Source of the DNA: Promethearchaeota archaeon
GTDB lineage: Archaea; Asgardarchaeota; Lokiarchaeia; Sigyniarchaeales; SOKP01
Direction of reading: 5' to 3'
Assembly (NCBI GenBank): GCA_048938025.1
Contig: JBHLMP010000064.1
Span: 2,851 to 16,892 of the forward strand
Length of the DNA: 14,042 bases
The notes beneath the pieces were generated by a model, which saw only the letters and a list, made by a program, of their open reading frames with translations, searched no databases and was not told where the DNA came from. The position numbers and the translations under genes are program-made. Below, in pieces: positions 1-8,364 of the stretch. How positions within the stretch are numbered: position 1 is the stretch's first letter; each line of letters begins with the position of its first letter.

Positions 1-208
1 CCTCATTTCTACTACCTTCTAAGCGCTCAAAAATTGGTAGAACAAATGCTAAAGTCTTACCACTCCCCGTCTTTGCCTGAGCCATTACATTCTGACCCTT
101 TAGAATTAAAGGAATTGCTTTTTTCTGGACAGGGGTGGGTGAGTTTATATTTAAACTTTTTAGAACGCTAATAGTTTTTTTATTAATACCTAAATCTTCA
201 AATTTCAG
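1..208 (-). CDS. DEAD/DEAH-box RNA helicase, 5' part (runs off the window edge)
   Basis: Manual translation of the minus strand gives (L/M)[68 protein letters not shown]. This contains the Q motif (F...PTPVQ) and motif I/Walker A (AKTGSGKT). An in-frame TGA at 215-217 bounds the ORF, so the start is most likely CTG at 206-208. Not in the ORF track. Confidence 0.93.
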   Translation of the reverse strand, partial: MKFEDLGINKKTISVLKSLNINSPTPVQKKAIPLILKGQNVMAQAKTGSGKTLAFVLPIFERLEGSRNE

Positions 209-362
209 TTTATTTCACAATTACATTTATCGTTTTATCACACTTTTTCAATAAAGATAATATTTCTTTAAAGAAAAAGCTTTCTAATAAAATGTTGTTG
301 TTTATTGTATTTTTTTTTAATTTACTATTTTTTTTTATAGTTAGTAACTCTATATACATTTT

Positions 363-2558
363 CTAATGAAAAACAGCAACTTCAGTTAATTGTTCTAATT
401 TCATTAACTTCCGATTAATAAATACTCTAACTTTTTCTGAAGTTATTTTTGGATTATTTACAACAAGGTCTTTAACAAAAGCATGACATTTTTTCCCTAA
501 TTTCGCTAATAACCTATGGTTTTCATTTGTATCATCATAGATAGGGATTGGAAACATAAACGGTCGTTTATGAATATGTCTGGAACTTTTTATTAATTTT
601 ATATATTTTGATAAATTAGGAGCATTTAATATAGCTGATAAATAATAGGCTTCATTTTCAGATTCAGTTGAATAGTAATAATTTTCTGAACCAATGATAA
701 TTCTTTGTTTATTCTTGTTTATAACAGCTGCTTTAATATTGGAACCACTCGCATTGTATATAACAATATAACTTTTACTTTTGACTTGTTTTTTTAATTT
801 ATTCCAGTAATTTAGATTTTCATATAAAGTATTTATGCTACTTGTTTCTTTTTTATGGATTTGATAAAAATTGTTCATCTCCTTATAGAAACTCATAGCT
901 TTAGGATATTTCTGAAGATATTTTTGATCAAAATCAAAACTCTCATTGATAGGAAGAAACGCATTTTTTAATTGTTTTATGCAAAAAGGTACAAGGTCTC
1001 TATTTAAAAAGGTCCTATATCTAAAAATTTTCTCAATTTCTTTATTTTTAAAAGTAAATTTCCATCTACTTTTTGCCCTTGATAAAGTATCTAGGTCTGA
1101 AGATATTACGAGAAAGCCATTGTTTTTTTCATCTATTTGGAAAAAGACTAATGTCCGAGGGACTAAAGTAGCTCCTTGGAGAAACATATTTTTATATTTA
1201 CTATTTGATAGTTCGCTAATAATTTTTAGTTCTTTTTCAGGGAGTAATAATTTTGCGCCATCATTTTCGATTCTTAAGCTTGAATAATAAGTTTCTTTTA
1301 GATTTTCTAATTTATTATTGAAAAGTTTGGTTTTAATAGGATATTTCTCTGAAAGTGAGATATTACTATTCTTACCAATATATCTTGCTTTCAAGCAGAC
1401 ATGATTCACATTAAAGAAATAACTTTTTGGAAAATCCCAAATTTCTAGATTGTTAAAAATTGAAAAACTTCTAAATTTAAAGCAATGGTCTCCATTTAAA
1501 ACACTTTTAGTAATAACAAAAAATATTTTTCCGTTAATTTTTAAGAATTTCAAGGGAATAGCATAGAAGAATATGGCTGCTAGTTCTATATGTGTAATAT
1601 ATTGACTACGGGGTTTAATTCCCAGATTATTTGATAAACTCCTTATTTTATTTTGATAGGTTTTGCTATATATGTCTTTATAAGTTAACCAAGGAGGGTT
1701 GCCAATAATTAGATCAAAAGTATTATATAATTTCTTTATATCTACATTAATTTTTTTTTCATACTGTTCAGGAAATAGAGAATCTAATAAAAATATATTA
1801 ATTTTAAGTAATTTATTATCTTTTAGGTCAAAATATTCTAAAAACAATAAATATAGGTTAATTTTTGCAGTTAATGTTGCTAAAGGGTTTATATCAAAGC
1901 CATAGACTTTATTGATAGCCTCAATTTTTGAGGAATCTGGATTATTTGAATTAATAATACTAATTACAATATCTATCAGAAAACTCCCTGAACCACAGGA
2001 TGGATCCAATATTTTTAGACCAAATTCATAAAAATCATCGACCATTTTCTTAACAAGGTTAGGAAATGTATAGAATTCTCCTATTTTATGCCTTGTTAGC
2101 GTCAAAAAAATTTGTTGATAGAGACTTTGAAACAAATCTTCGCGAGCAAAATTAGTTTTTTCAATTATATAATAGATTTTTTCAAATATTAATCGATCAA
2201 AATTAGTCCAATTGAAATATTCAAACTCAAAAATATTTAAAGAATCTAAGTTATTGGATTTTATGAATTGGTAAATTTGTTCTGTATTCTTATTCTGTAT
2301 GATATATAATTTACTCAATAGTAAAATTTTTAAGATTAGGGCAAAATAGGAATGTTTTATAAATAATTTAGAATCTGTTTCTTCTCCGTAAAAGCTCTTA
2401 CAGAGTGATTCCCATACTTTTAATTTATTTTTGAATTTTTCTTCATTAATTTCTGCTTCTTTTTCAAGGAAATTCAATGAATCTTTAAAAATACTAGAAT
2501 TTAATCCAAAGGCGTTTAAAATATCTTTAGAGTTAATTATTTTTTCTTCCTCTCTCAA
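363..2558 (-). CDS. N6-adenine DNA methyltransferase, gamma class (Eco57I/type IIG-like MTase plus target-recognition region); no obvious nuclease domain
   Basis: 731 aa with a TTG start. Motifs GEFYTFP (motif X), ILDPSCGSGSFL (SAM-binding motif I), YGFDINP and IIGNPPW (catalytic motif IV), followed by a long C-terminal TRD-like region. Confidence 0.88.
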   Translation of the reverse strand: MREEEKIINSKDILNAFGLNSSIFKDSLNFLEKEAEINEEKFKNKLKVWESLCKSFYGEETDSKLFIKHSYFALILKILLLSKLYIIQNKNTEQIYQFIKSNNLDSLNIFEFEYFNWTNFDRLIFEKIYYIIEKTNFAREDLFQSLYQQIFLTLTRHKIGEFYTFPNLVKKMVDDFYEFGLKILDPSCGSGSFLIDIVISIINSNNPDSSKIEAINKVYGFDINPLATLTAKINLYLLFLEYFDLKDNKLLKINIFLLDSLFPEQYEKKINVDIKKLYNTFDLIIGNPPWLTYKDIYSKTYQNKIRSLSNNLGIKPRSQYITHIELAAIFFYAIPLKFLKINGKIFFVITKSVLNGDHCFKFRSFSIFNNLEIWDFPKSYFFNVNHVCLKARYIGKNSNISLSEKYPIKTKLFNNKLENLKETYYSSLRIENDGAKLLLPEKELKIISELSNSKYKNMFLQGATLVPRTLVFFQIDEKNNGFLVISSDLDTLSRAKSRWKFTFKNKEIEKIFRYRTFLNRDLVPFCIKQLKNAFLPINESFDFDQKYLQKYPKAMSFYKEMNNFYQIHKKETSSINTLYENLNYWNKLKKQVKSKSYIVIYNASGSNIKAAVINKNKQRIIIGSENYYYSTESENEAYYLSAILNAPNLSKYIKLIKSSRHIHKRPFMFPIPIYDDTNENHRLLAKLGKKCHAFVKDLVVNNPKITSEKVRVFINRKLMKLEQLTEVAVFH

Positions 2559-2595
2559 AAATTATAAGGAAATAGCATATTAAAAAAACTTAGAA

Positions 2596-3135
2596 TTATT
2601 TACCTCTCATAAATGAAGGGAGCATTAAACTAAAAATTTCAGCAATTTGTCTTAACTTTGATGTCTCCTTTACCATTGTAACAATTAAGATTGATCTTTC
2701 TAGTTCCTCTTTATCCAAAGACCCTCCTGCATAAATAGCTAATTCTGTATTAAATACTAATAAGTATTTCACATTTGGATTATTTATTATGTTTATTCCC
2801 GGTGTAGCTTTAAGCTCATCATAGTATTCATGATACTCTTTTGGAATTCCTCCTCTATCATTAGTTATTATTAATATAGGTATTCCTCTCTGCACAACTT
2901 TCTTTAACTCTGTAGTATAAAATTTTCCAACTTTGGGAGACACAATATTTAATTGTTCTTTTGTTTCCTGAATTAAATTAATTAGTTGATCATTTAATAG
3001 ATTTTTCTTACTTAAACCCCCTGATGTTTCTAAGCTAATCATTCCTACTAATGATAAAACTTTCTCTTCCAAACTTAACACTTGGTCTTTAAGGCGTTTA
3101 TTTTCAACTCGAAGTTCTATTAATCTATCTGACAA
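2596..3135 (-). CDS. Short N-terminal coiled coil plus PLD-like (phospholipase D/nuclease fold) domain lacking the HKD motif
   Basis: 179 aa with a TTG start. The pattern LINLIQETKEQLNIVSP...VQRGIPILIITND...LLVFNTELAIYAGGSL follows PLD-fold/TrmB-like secondary-structure signatures. No HxK motif; the only His is residue 102. Heptad-like N-terminus. Confidence 0.6.
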   Translation of the reverse strand: MSDRLIELRVENKRLKDQVLSLEEKVLSLVGMISLETSGGLSKKNLLNDQLINLIQETKEQLNIVSPKVGKFYTTELKKVVQRGIPILIITNDRGGIPKEYHEYYDELKATPGINIINNPNVKYLLVFNTELAIYAGGSLDKEELERSILIVTMVKETSKLRQIAEIFSLMLPSFMRGK

Positions 3136-3160
3136 TTTTAATCCACTTATTATTATTTAA

Positions 3161-3170
3161 TGTTATAAAT
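3161..3170 (-). promoter_or_regulatory. Putative archaeal TATA box (ATTTATAACA) for the PLD-like gene
   Basis: Lies 26-35 nt upstream of the start codon. The identical 10-mer sits at almost the same distance upstream of the AbrB-ACT gene. Confidence 0.5.
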
Positions 3171-3235
3171 AAATAATCTAAATTAAATTTATATAAATAT
3201 TTGTTAAAAAAACTTCAATTCTCTTAAGTTAAGAT

Positions 3236-5821
3236 TTAAAATACTAATCTTTTCCATGGCTTTCCAAACAAGATATAACTGGATAAAGCTAAGCTACTTT
3301 CTAAATCAATATGTTTACTTCCATCATCTGCGGTCAGATCTTTAAACTGTTGTTCAACAAGTTTCATCATTTTTTCAGAGATACATTGTTGTCGTGCTGT
3401 AAGAAGTGCTATTCCTTGGCTATCCCCTTTAATTAAATAAGTGAAAAAGTTTGCAATAATCTCATTTGCCTCATCATTAAAAATGGGGTAATTACGAGAA
3501 ATAATCCCCGTAATCCTATCATAATCAAATTGAGCGAGAATTTCTCCTAATTTCCTTAAAACATTTGTTAATTTTTTTCCCTCAACACTATAGATTTGAG
3601 CATTAAAAAATAAAAAAGGTTGTAAATTTGCTTTATTTTGGTTTATAAGTTTATTAATTTCATTTATTGTTATTATATTCCCATCATTCGTGATGAAAAA
3701 ACTATCTTTTGGGCTCCATTTAGAATAAAATATGTTTCCAACAAAAATTATGATATGATATGCTCCATCAGACATATGCGAGAGAATTGTTTCCCGAGTT
3801 GAAGCTGCTCCAATTAAATGAGTTATTTGATTTACTTCATCTCTCTCATTAAGAAAACTTATTATAAAGTTTAGCTCATTGGCTCCAGCTGGAAATGGAA
3901 AAATCAGTTCCTTATTTTTAGTATCTTCATTCCAACTTTTTGGACCCATTGAATTTATAGCTTCAATGATTAATACATTATAAATATTTTGAGAGGGTTC
4001 GGATTCTGGCTCTTCTTGACTAATTTGTTCAAAAGCGATGCCACCTAAAGGTGTTTCGCCAATTTTATAACCTGTTGAATATTTTAACAAGAAAAAATTA
4101 TTATCATATATTAAATCAAAAGGAATAGTCATATTATCCAATATAAAGTATATTTGAGGTACTAAATTCAAACTTTCAATTTTGAACGATTTAAAAAAAT
4201 CTCTAACTAATTTAGGTAAAAAAATATAAAACAATTGACCATATTCTGTTAAATTAAAAAAATATTTCTTATGTTCTGATTCAGAAAACAGTTTATTAAA
4301 TATTTCGAGAATTTGAGTATCATTCCAAAATTCGGTAACTATTGATCCCTCAACAATTTGATTATCTAATGATATCATCCGATATGAGATAATACCTTTA
4401 GAGTTTATTCTTATGATTATCTGTTTTATAACAAAACCTTGTAGATATACTGGATTAATTTCATCTTCAAATGAATAGATCTGATTTTTTAAAGGTTCAG
4501 ATTCATTATACAATGTATTTAAATTGGTGATAAGTTTAATAAATTTTTCATCTAAATGAAGGAGAATTTTTTGAGCAAGATTATAATTTTTTTCTTCAAA
4601 TAATGCACGATAGAACATCATTCTCCAGAAATCGCGTTGTTCTAAAGAAAAGAACATTGATTTAAATTTCCAAAGTAGATTACATGTATAGAAATAATGA
4701 AAAATTTGAGCACTTGTTTGAGGCGTCTTTAAATGAATATTCAATTTTTCTAAAGACTGAAGTAAATATCGCTTTTCCTTCATATCAACGAATTTTTTGC
4801 AAGCTTCGACCCAAAGCTCAATTAATATGTTATCATAAGAAAGATCTGTTTGAAATATAAATAAATCTTCCAAAAAATCATATATTTCATAAGCAATTTC
4901 AAACCGATTCCTATTTATTGAAAAATCAATATATTTTCGAATATAAGTGACAGCATCTCCAAATGATTGATATTCCTGAATTTTGTAAAATATATTTCTT
5001 ATAATTATCATGACCCACAGATATTCACCAATATCGTTTAAATAATATATAAGCTCTTCGAGATCAACTAAAATAGTATTAAAGCTTCTTTCATTAATAG
5101 AGATCCTACTTATATTATTAAATTCATTTTTCAAATATCCTGGAAGGCGATTAATCAGTATCTTGTTTATAATCTTAACAAATTCAGCTGAATCCTCCAT
5201 TAGTTGATATTTTAAACAAATGTTTTCTAAAAAGAAATATAAAAATAAAGGTCTTTTTGCTGGTTCTAATTTATATAAGGTACGACCTAAAATTTCCATA
5301 CTTAGATGAAAATATTCCGAAGGGATAACAGATTTTCTTAAAAACATTAATAGAATTTGTAATTCTATTAATTTGAGAGACTCTTCTCTTTCTTTTAGTT
5401 TTATTGAAAAAGAATTAATAAATTTTGTAATTCCTACTTGAGATACATCTTCCAAATTAATAAATGTCTTAAGTAAGTTTGTATAGAAGCTATCAAACAA
5501 GTAAAAATCATTCAGTTTAGATAAAAATGAGAAAAATCTTTTATAAGCGTCAATATATCTTATTAAATCAATATCTACTTGTTCCTCGTCTTTCTTTATA
5601 AGTGAATTTAAGTATATCCACCATGAATTTGATATTACCATTACCAACTGATGCCTTTTTTGAATATCTAACCATTCTGTCTTTTCAATTTCAAAATATA
5701 AATCAGTTAATAAACGATCAGCCCACACATGATTCGCTGATTGAAGTAACCTGCGTCCTTGGATAATATTCTTTTGAAAATTCTCTAAAAATTCTTTTTT
5801 GACAATTAAACTTACAGACAT
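3236..5821 (-). CDS. Large helical (solenoid-like) protein with a C-terminal CHAT/caspase-fold domain, predicted catalytically inactive
   Basis: 861 aa. The C-terminal ~400 aa carry CHAT-like motifs: IPFDLIYD, YHIIIFVGN, FLFFNAQ, GIISRNYPIFNDEA, G.ALLTARQ and SYILFGKP. The N-terminal half looks all-alpha. Confidence 0.72.
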   Translation of the reverse strand: MSVSLIVKKEFLENFQKNIIQGRRLLQSANHVWADRLLTDLYFEIEKTEWLDIQKRHQLVMVISNSWWIYLNSLIKKDEEQVDIDLIRYIDAYKRFFSFLSKLNDFYLFDSFYTNLLKTFINLEDVSQVGITKFINSFSIKLKEREESLKLIELQILLMFLRKSVIPSEYFHLSMEILGRTLYKLEPAKRPLFLYFFLENICLKYQLMEDSAEFVKIINKILINRLPGYLKNEFNNISRISINERSFNTILVDLEELIYYLNDIGEYLWVMIIIRNIFYKIQEYQSFGDAVTYIRKYIDFSINRNRFEIAYEIYDFLEDLFIFQTDLSYDNILIELWVEACKKFVDMKEKRYLLQSLEKLNIHLKTPQTSAQIFHYFYTCNLLWKFKSMFFSLEQRDFWRMMFYRALFEEKNYNLAQKILLHLDEKFIKLITNLNTLYNESEPLKNQIYSFEDEINPVYLQGFVIKQIIIRINSKGIISYRMISLDNQIVEGSIVTEFWNDTQILEIFNKLFSESEHKKYFFNLTEYGQLFYIFLPKLVRDFFKSFKIESLNLVPQIYFILDNMTIPFDLIYDNNFFLLKYSTGYKIGETPLGGIAFEQISQEEPESEPSQNIYNVLIIEAINSMGPKSWNEDTKNKELIFPFPAGANELNFIISFLNERDEVNQITHLIGAASTRETILSHMSDGAYHIIIFVGNIFYSKWSPKDSFFITNDGNIITINEINKLINQNKANLQPFLFFNAQIYSVEGKKLTNVLRKLGEILAQFDYDRITGIISRNYPIFNDEANEIIANFFTYLIKGDSQGIALLTARQQCISEKMMKLVEQQFKDLTADDGSKHIDLESSLALSSYILFGKPWKRLVF

Positions 5822-5846
5822 ATCTATAATTTTCAGCTTTATATTT

Positions 5847-7046
5847 CTAATTTGGATTTTGATTATTCTTTTCTAAATTTTGTCCTTTTAATGTTTTAAA
5901 GGTTGGATTATTCTCCCAACCCTTTTTCAATTTCCCTTGAGAATATAAAATACTCCCCCCGATCCAGCCCATATTTTCTCTACCAGAAACTGCTGTTACT
6001 TTAATCTTGTCTTTTATCTTAGTTGAAAAGTAATTTGAGAGGTCTAATTCTAATCTTTTATCTAATCCTGAAACTAGACTTCCTCCTCCAGAAAGAATGA
6101 TATTTGGTACTAATTCTTCCCAATTCTCTCGATCCCATGTCTTTATGACTTTTGCTATTGTTTCTCCTAAACCATTATAATCTATATGAATTAATGTTGG
6201 ATCAAATATGGGTTCAATAAGCATAAATCTTTCAAAATTGATTTCTAAATTGGAACCATCTGGTAAATTTACACTTCTATTATACATTGTCAACCCTGCT
6301 TTTACTCGTTTCATCTCTTCAATAGGATCAAGAACACATAATGATAATCTTTCTTTGATCTCTTTAGCTGTCATATAATCAAGATAAATAGCTGTTTCAG
6401 AACTCTTTTTAGTTAAAATCATGTTAAGAAGATGATTTGTTAAATCTTTGCCTGAAATTGGAAAAATGTCCCTTGCCATTACATTTGTAAATCCATGAAA
6501 AATTGTTGAAATATATGTATTTGATTCCCCCATATTTAAAACTACCCCACTTGTTTTTTGTAAGGTGGAAAGAATAGCTTGCGTTTCAGATAAAAATAAA
6601 ATAGATGGAAACCCAAAAATATCGAAAAAAGTTTCCTTTAGTTTTTTTTGTGTCAATTCAGGCATAAAAAAGGGAGTAATAATAATAATTGGTTGTTTGA
6701 ATCTGCATTCTTCAGATATTTCTAATTGTTGATAATAATAATAAAAGAATTTCGTAAGTATAGTAAAATTATTTTCTTTCTTAAACTCGTGAATTTTTAA
6801 AATATTTTGATACTTTAAGGCATCATTTCCGAATAAATGATTCTCGATATTTTCCTTATCAATAAAAATGTCTTCTAAACCATCAATAACATCAGATGTA
6901 AATAAATAATCATTAATATCCACATATACACTTGGAACAATAATATCGGGAAAGTCATCACCAGCCCATCCAAGACGAAATGTATTACTTCCAATATCAA
7001 TAATCAATGGACGTAATTGGTCATTGCTCTTAGATGACATATTCAT
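5847..7046 (-). CDS. Actin-related protein (divergent actin-family member, Asgard ARP type)
   Basis: 399 aa. Actin signatures: PLIIDIGSNTFRLGWAGDDFP (phosphate 1), GVVLNMGES (phosphate 2), ISGKDLT, KEIKERL, LPDG, ERF..EPIFDP, NIILSGGGS and WIGGSIL. The start could be Met1 (7046) or Met3 (7040). Confidence 0.93.
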   Translation of the reverse strand: MNMSSKSNDQLRPLIIDIGSNTFRLGWAGDDFPDIIVPSVYVDINDYLFTSDVIDGLEDIFIDKENIENHLFGNDALKYQNILKIHEFKKENNFTILTKFFYYYYQQLEISEECRFKQPIIIITPFFMPELTQKKLKETFFDIFGFPSILFLSETQAILSTLQKTSGVVLNMGESNTYISTIFHGFTNVMARDIFPISGKDLTNHLLNMILTKKSSETAIYLDYMTAKEIKERLSLCVLDPIEEMKRVKAGLTMYNRSVNLPDGSNLEINFERFMLIEPIFDPTLIHIDYNGLGETIAKVIKTWDRENWEELVPNIILSGGGSLVSGLDKRLELDLSNYFSTKIKDKIKVTAVSGRENMGWIGGSILYSQGKLKKGWENNPTFKTLKGQNLEKNNQNPN

Positions 7047-7089
7047 TTTAAATCCTAAAATATTTTATTTTATAAAAGTAACATATTTG

Positions 7090-7833
7090 CTAAATCAGTT
7101 GTTTTTGTTCATGTATGTAGTCATCTACGACCTTCTTTAATTGGTATTCTTTTATTTGCAATTCAAGCATTCCTAAAACTCGTTTAAATTCATTTGACAT
7201 TGATTCAATATCTACTCCCGCTACTTTCTCAACCTCTTTGCGTTTTACTTTGAACTGTTCCAAATTTATCTGAATTTTTTCATACAAATTCTTGATTGAT
7301 TCGACTAGATCTTCTGTATTTTTCTTTGTAATTTTACGCATTTTACGTAGTATGCCTAAAATACCAGATATTGAATTTTCCCAGCGATTATATCTGTCTG
7401 TATATCCATTTAATAAATCCTCGAAAAATTCAGTTAATCGTTCATATATATTTTCCTTTTTAATAAAAGAAGACTCTGCTTTTGTTGATGGTATAGGAGG
7501 TTGAGTTCGTTCATCTTTCATCGTTATTGGAGTTCTTGCACCTGTTTTAAATAATAGTTGTTCAGATATAGGAACATCTTCCAGTACATAAGTTTCAGCT
7601 ATTCTTCTTTTACTCTCATGTGATAACTGCGGTTTAATCCTTTGTGTTTCTTTTTTCGGATATACAAATCCATCTCCTTCAGATACTCCCTTTAATAAAG
7701 TTTGTAAGGTTGTTTCCGTTTTTTTTGCTGATTGTAAAGAATTCCCTAGTGAATAACCTGCATCCTCTATATCTTGTTCGGGTATTTCTTGTATTTTTCC
7801 TTTCTTTTGTGTTTTTTTTTTCTTTTTACCCAT
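7090..7833 (-). CDS. Hypothetical protein: polybasic N-terminus, disordered linker, C-terminal helical/coiled-coil region
   Basis: 247 aa, ATG start with a GAGGT RBS upstream. Begins MGKKKKKTQKKGK; the last ~120 aa are amphipathic heptad-rich helices. Confidence 0.8.
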   Translation of the reverse strand: MGKKKKKTQKKGKIQEIPEQDIEDAGYSLGNSLQSAKKTETTLQTLLKGVSEGDGFVYPKKETQRIKPQLSHESKRRIAETYVLEDVPISEQLLFKTGARTPITMKDERTQPPIPSTKAESSFIKKENIYERLTEFFEDLLNGYTDRYNRWENSISGILGILRKMRKITKKNTEDLVESIKNLYEKIQINLEQFKVKRKEVEKVAGVDIESMSNEFKRVLGMLELQIKEYQLKKVVDDYIHEQKQLI

Positions 7834-7841
7834 TTACACTA

Positions 7842-7846
7842 ACCTC
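7842..7846 (-). promoter_or_regulatory. Shine-Dalgarno-like GAGGT
   Basis: Minus strand reads TTGAGGTTAGTGTAAATG, ending at the start codon at 7833. Confidence 0.65.
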
Positions 7847-7879
7847 AATGTTTTATATTGTCTTTATTATTTTTTTAAT

Positions 7880-8287
7880 TTAATCTAATGGAAGAACTTC
7901 TACATTAAGTGCTTCTCCTTTTTCTATTAACTTCTCTCGTAGTTCCTCCAAAGTAATTCCTTTTGGAGTGGGACTAATCACAGTCCAAATCGCTGTTTTA
8001 TCCTTCTCTACAATTGCAGACTCACCATATATTAAAGAAATCCTCATCTCTCCAAAAGTTGTAGCAATTTTAGCTAAAGCTCCTGGGATATCCTCCATAG
8101 TGATCCTGAATTTTATTGGCTTCTCTTCCTCTGAAATACCTACTGGTGTTATTTTTATCTCTTTAGTTTCTGAATCACTTACCAACATCAGTTGAGTATT
8201 AGTAGTTAATCCCAAGCTTTTACGTGTAACTAAAGGGATGACAATTCTACCACGATTGTCAATAGTAATAATTTTAACGTCTTTCAT
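7880..8287 (-). CDS. AbrB/MazE/SpoVT-family DNA-binding domain fused to an ACT domain (putative ligand-responsive transcription regulator)
   Basis: N-terminal ITIDNRGRIVIP...RKSLGL is the swapped-hairpin signature. C-terminal ITMEDIPGALAKIATTFGEMRISL is the ACT signature (D.PG.LA.I). Confidence 0.88.
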   Translation of the reverse strand: MKDVKIITIDNRGRIVIPLVTRKSLGLTTNTQLMLVSDSETKEIKITPVGISEEEKPIKFRITMEDIPGALAKIATTFGEMRISLIYGESAIVEKDKTAIWTVISPTPKGITLEELREKLIEKGEALNVEVLPLD

Positions 8288-8313
8288 ATCTTTAAGCTTA
8301 CTTATTTAATTAT

Positions 8314-8323
8314 TGTTATAAAT
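8314..8323 (-). promoter_or_regulatory. Putative archaeal TATA box (ATTTATAACA) for the AbrB-ACT gene
   Basis: Lies 27-36 nt upstream of the ATG at 8287 with no RBS in between, consistent with a leaderless or short-leader transcript. Confidence 0.55.
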
Positions 8324-8364
8324 TTAATACAATAAGTTATGGATCTAATTTTGTTATAATAATT

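Noticed and set aside
209-362. Intergenic poly-T/poly-A tracts and possible small RNA
   Set aside because: Extremely AT-rich with no GC-rich stem structure; no tRNA or rRNA signature here or in the other intergenic regions.
946-1905. Plus-strand ORFs 946-1287 and 1699-1905
   Set aside because: Entirely antisense to the methyltransferase gene, with no recognisable motifs; shadow ORFs.
1-5821. Helicase + MTase + PLD + CHAT read as a DISARM/BREX-like or caspase-based defence island
   Set aside because: The helicase has a housekeeping DEAD-box Q motif, the PLD and CHAT domains lack catalytic residues, and other core defence genes are absent. Not supported, though not formally excluded.
7292-8195. 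Plus-strand ORFs 7292-7504, 7644-7883 and 7968-8195
   Set aside because: Antisense to well-supported genes. The Phe-rich, membrane-like look of 7644-7883 is just the reverse complement of Lys/Glu codons.
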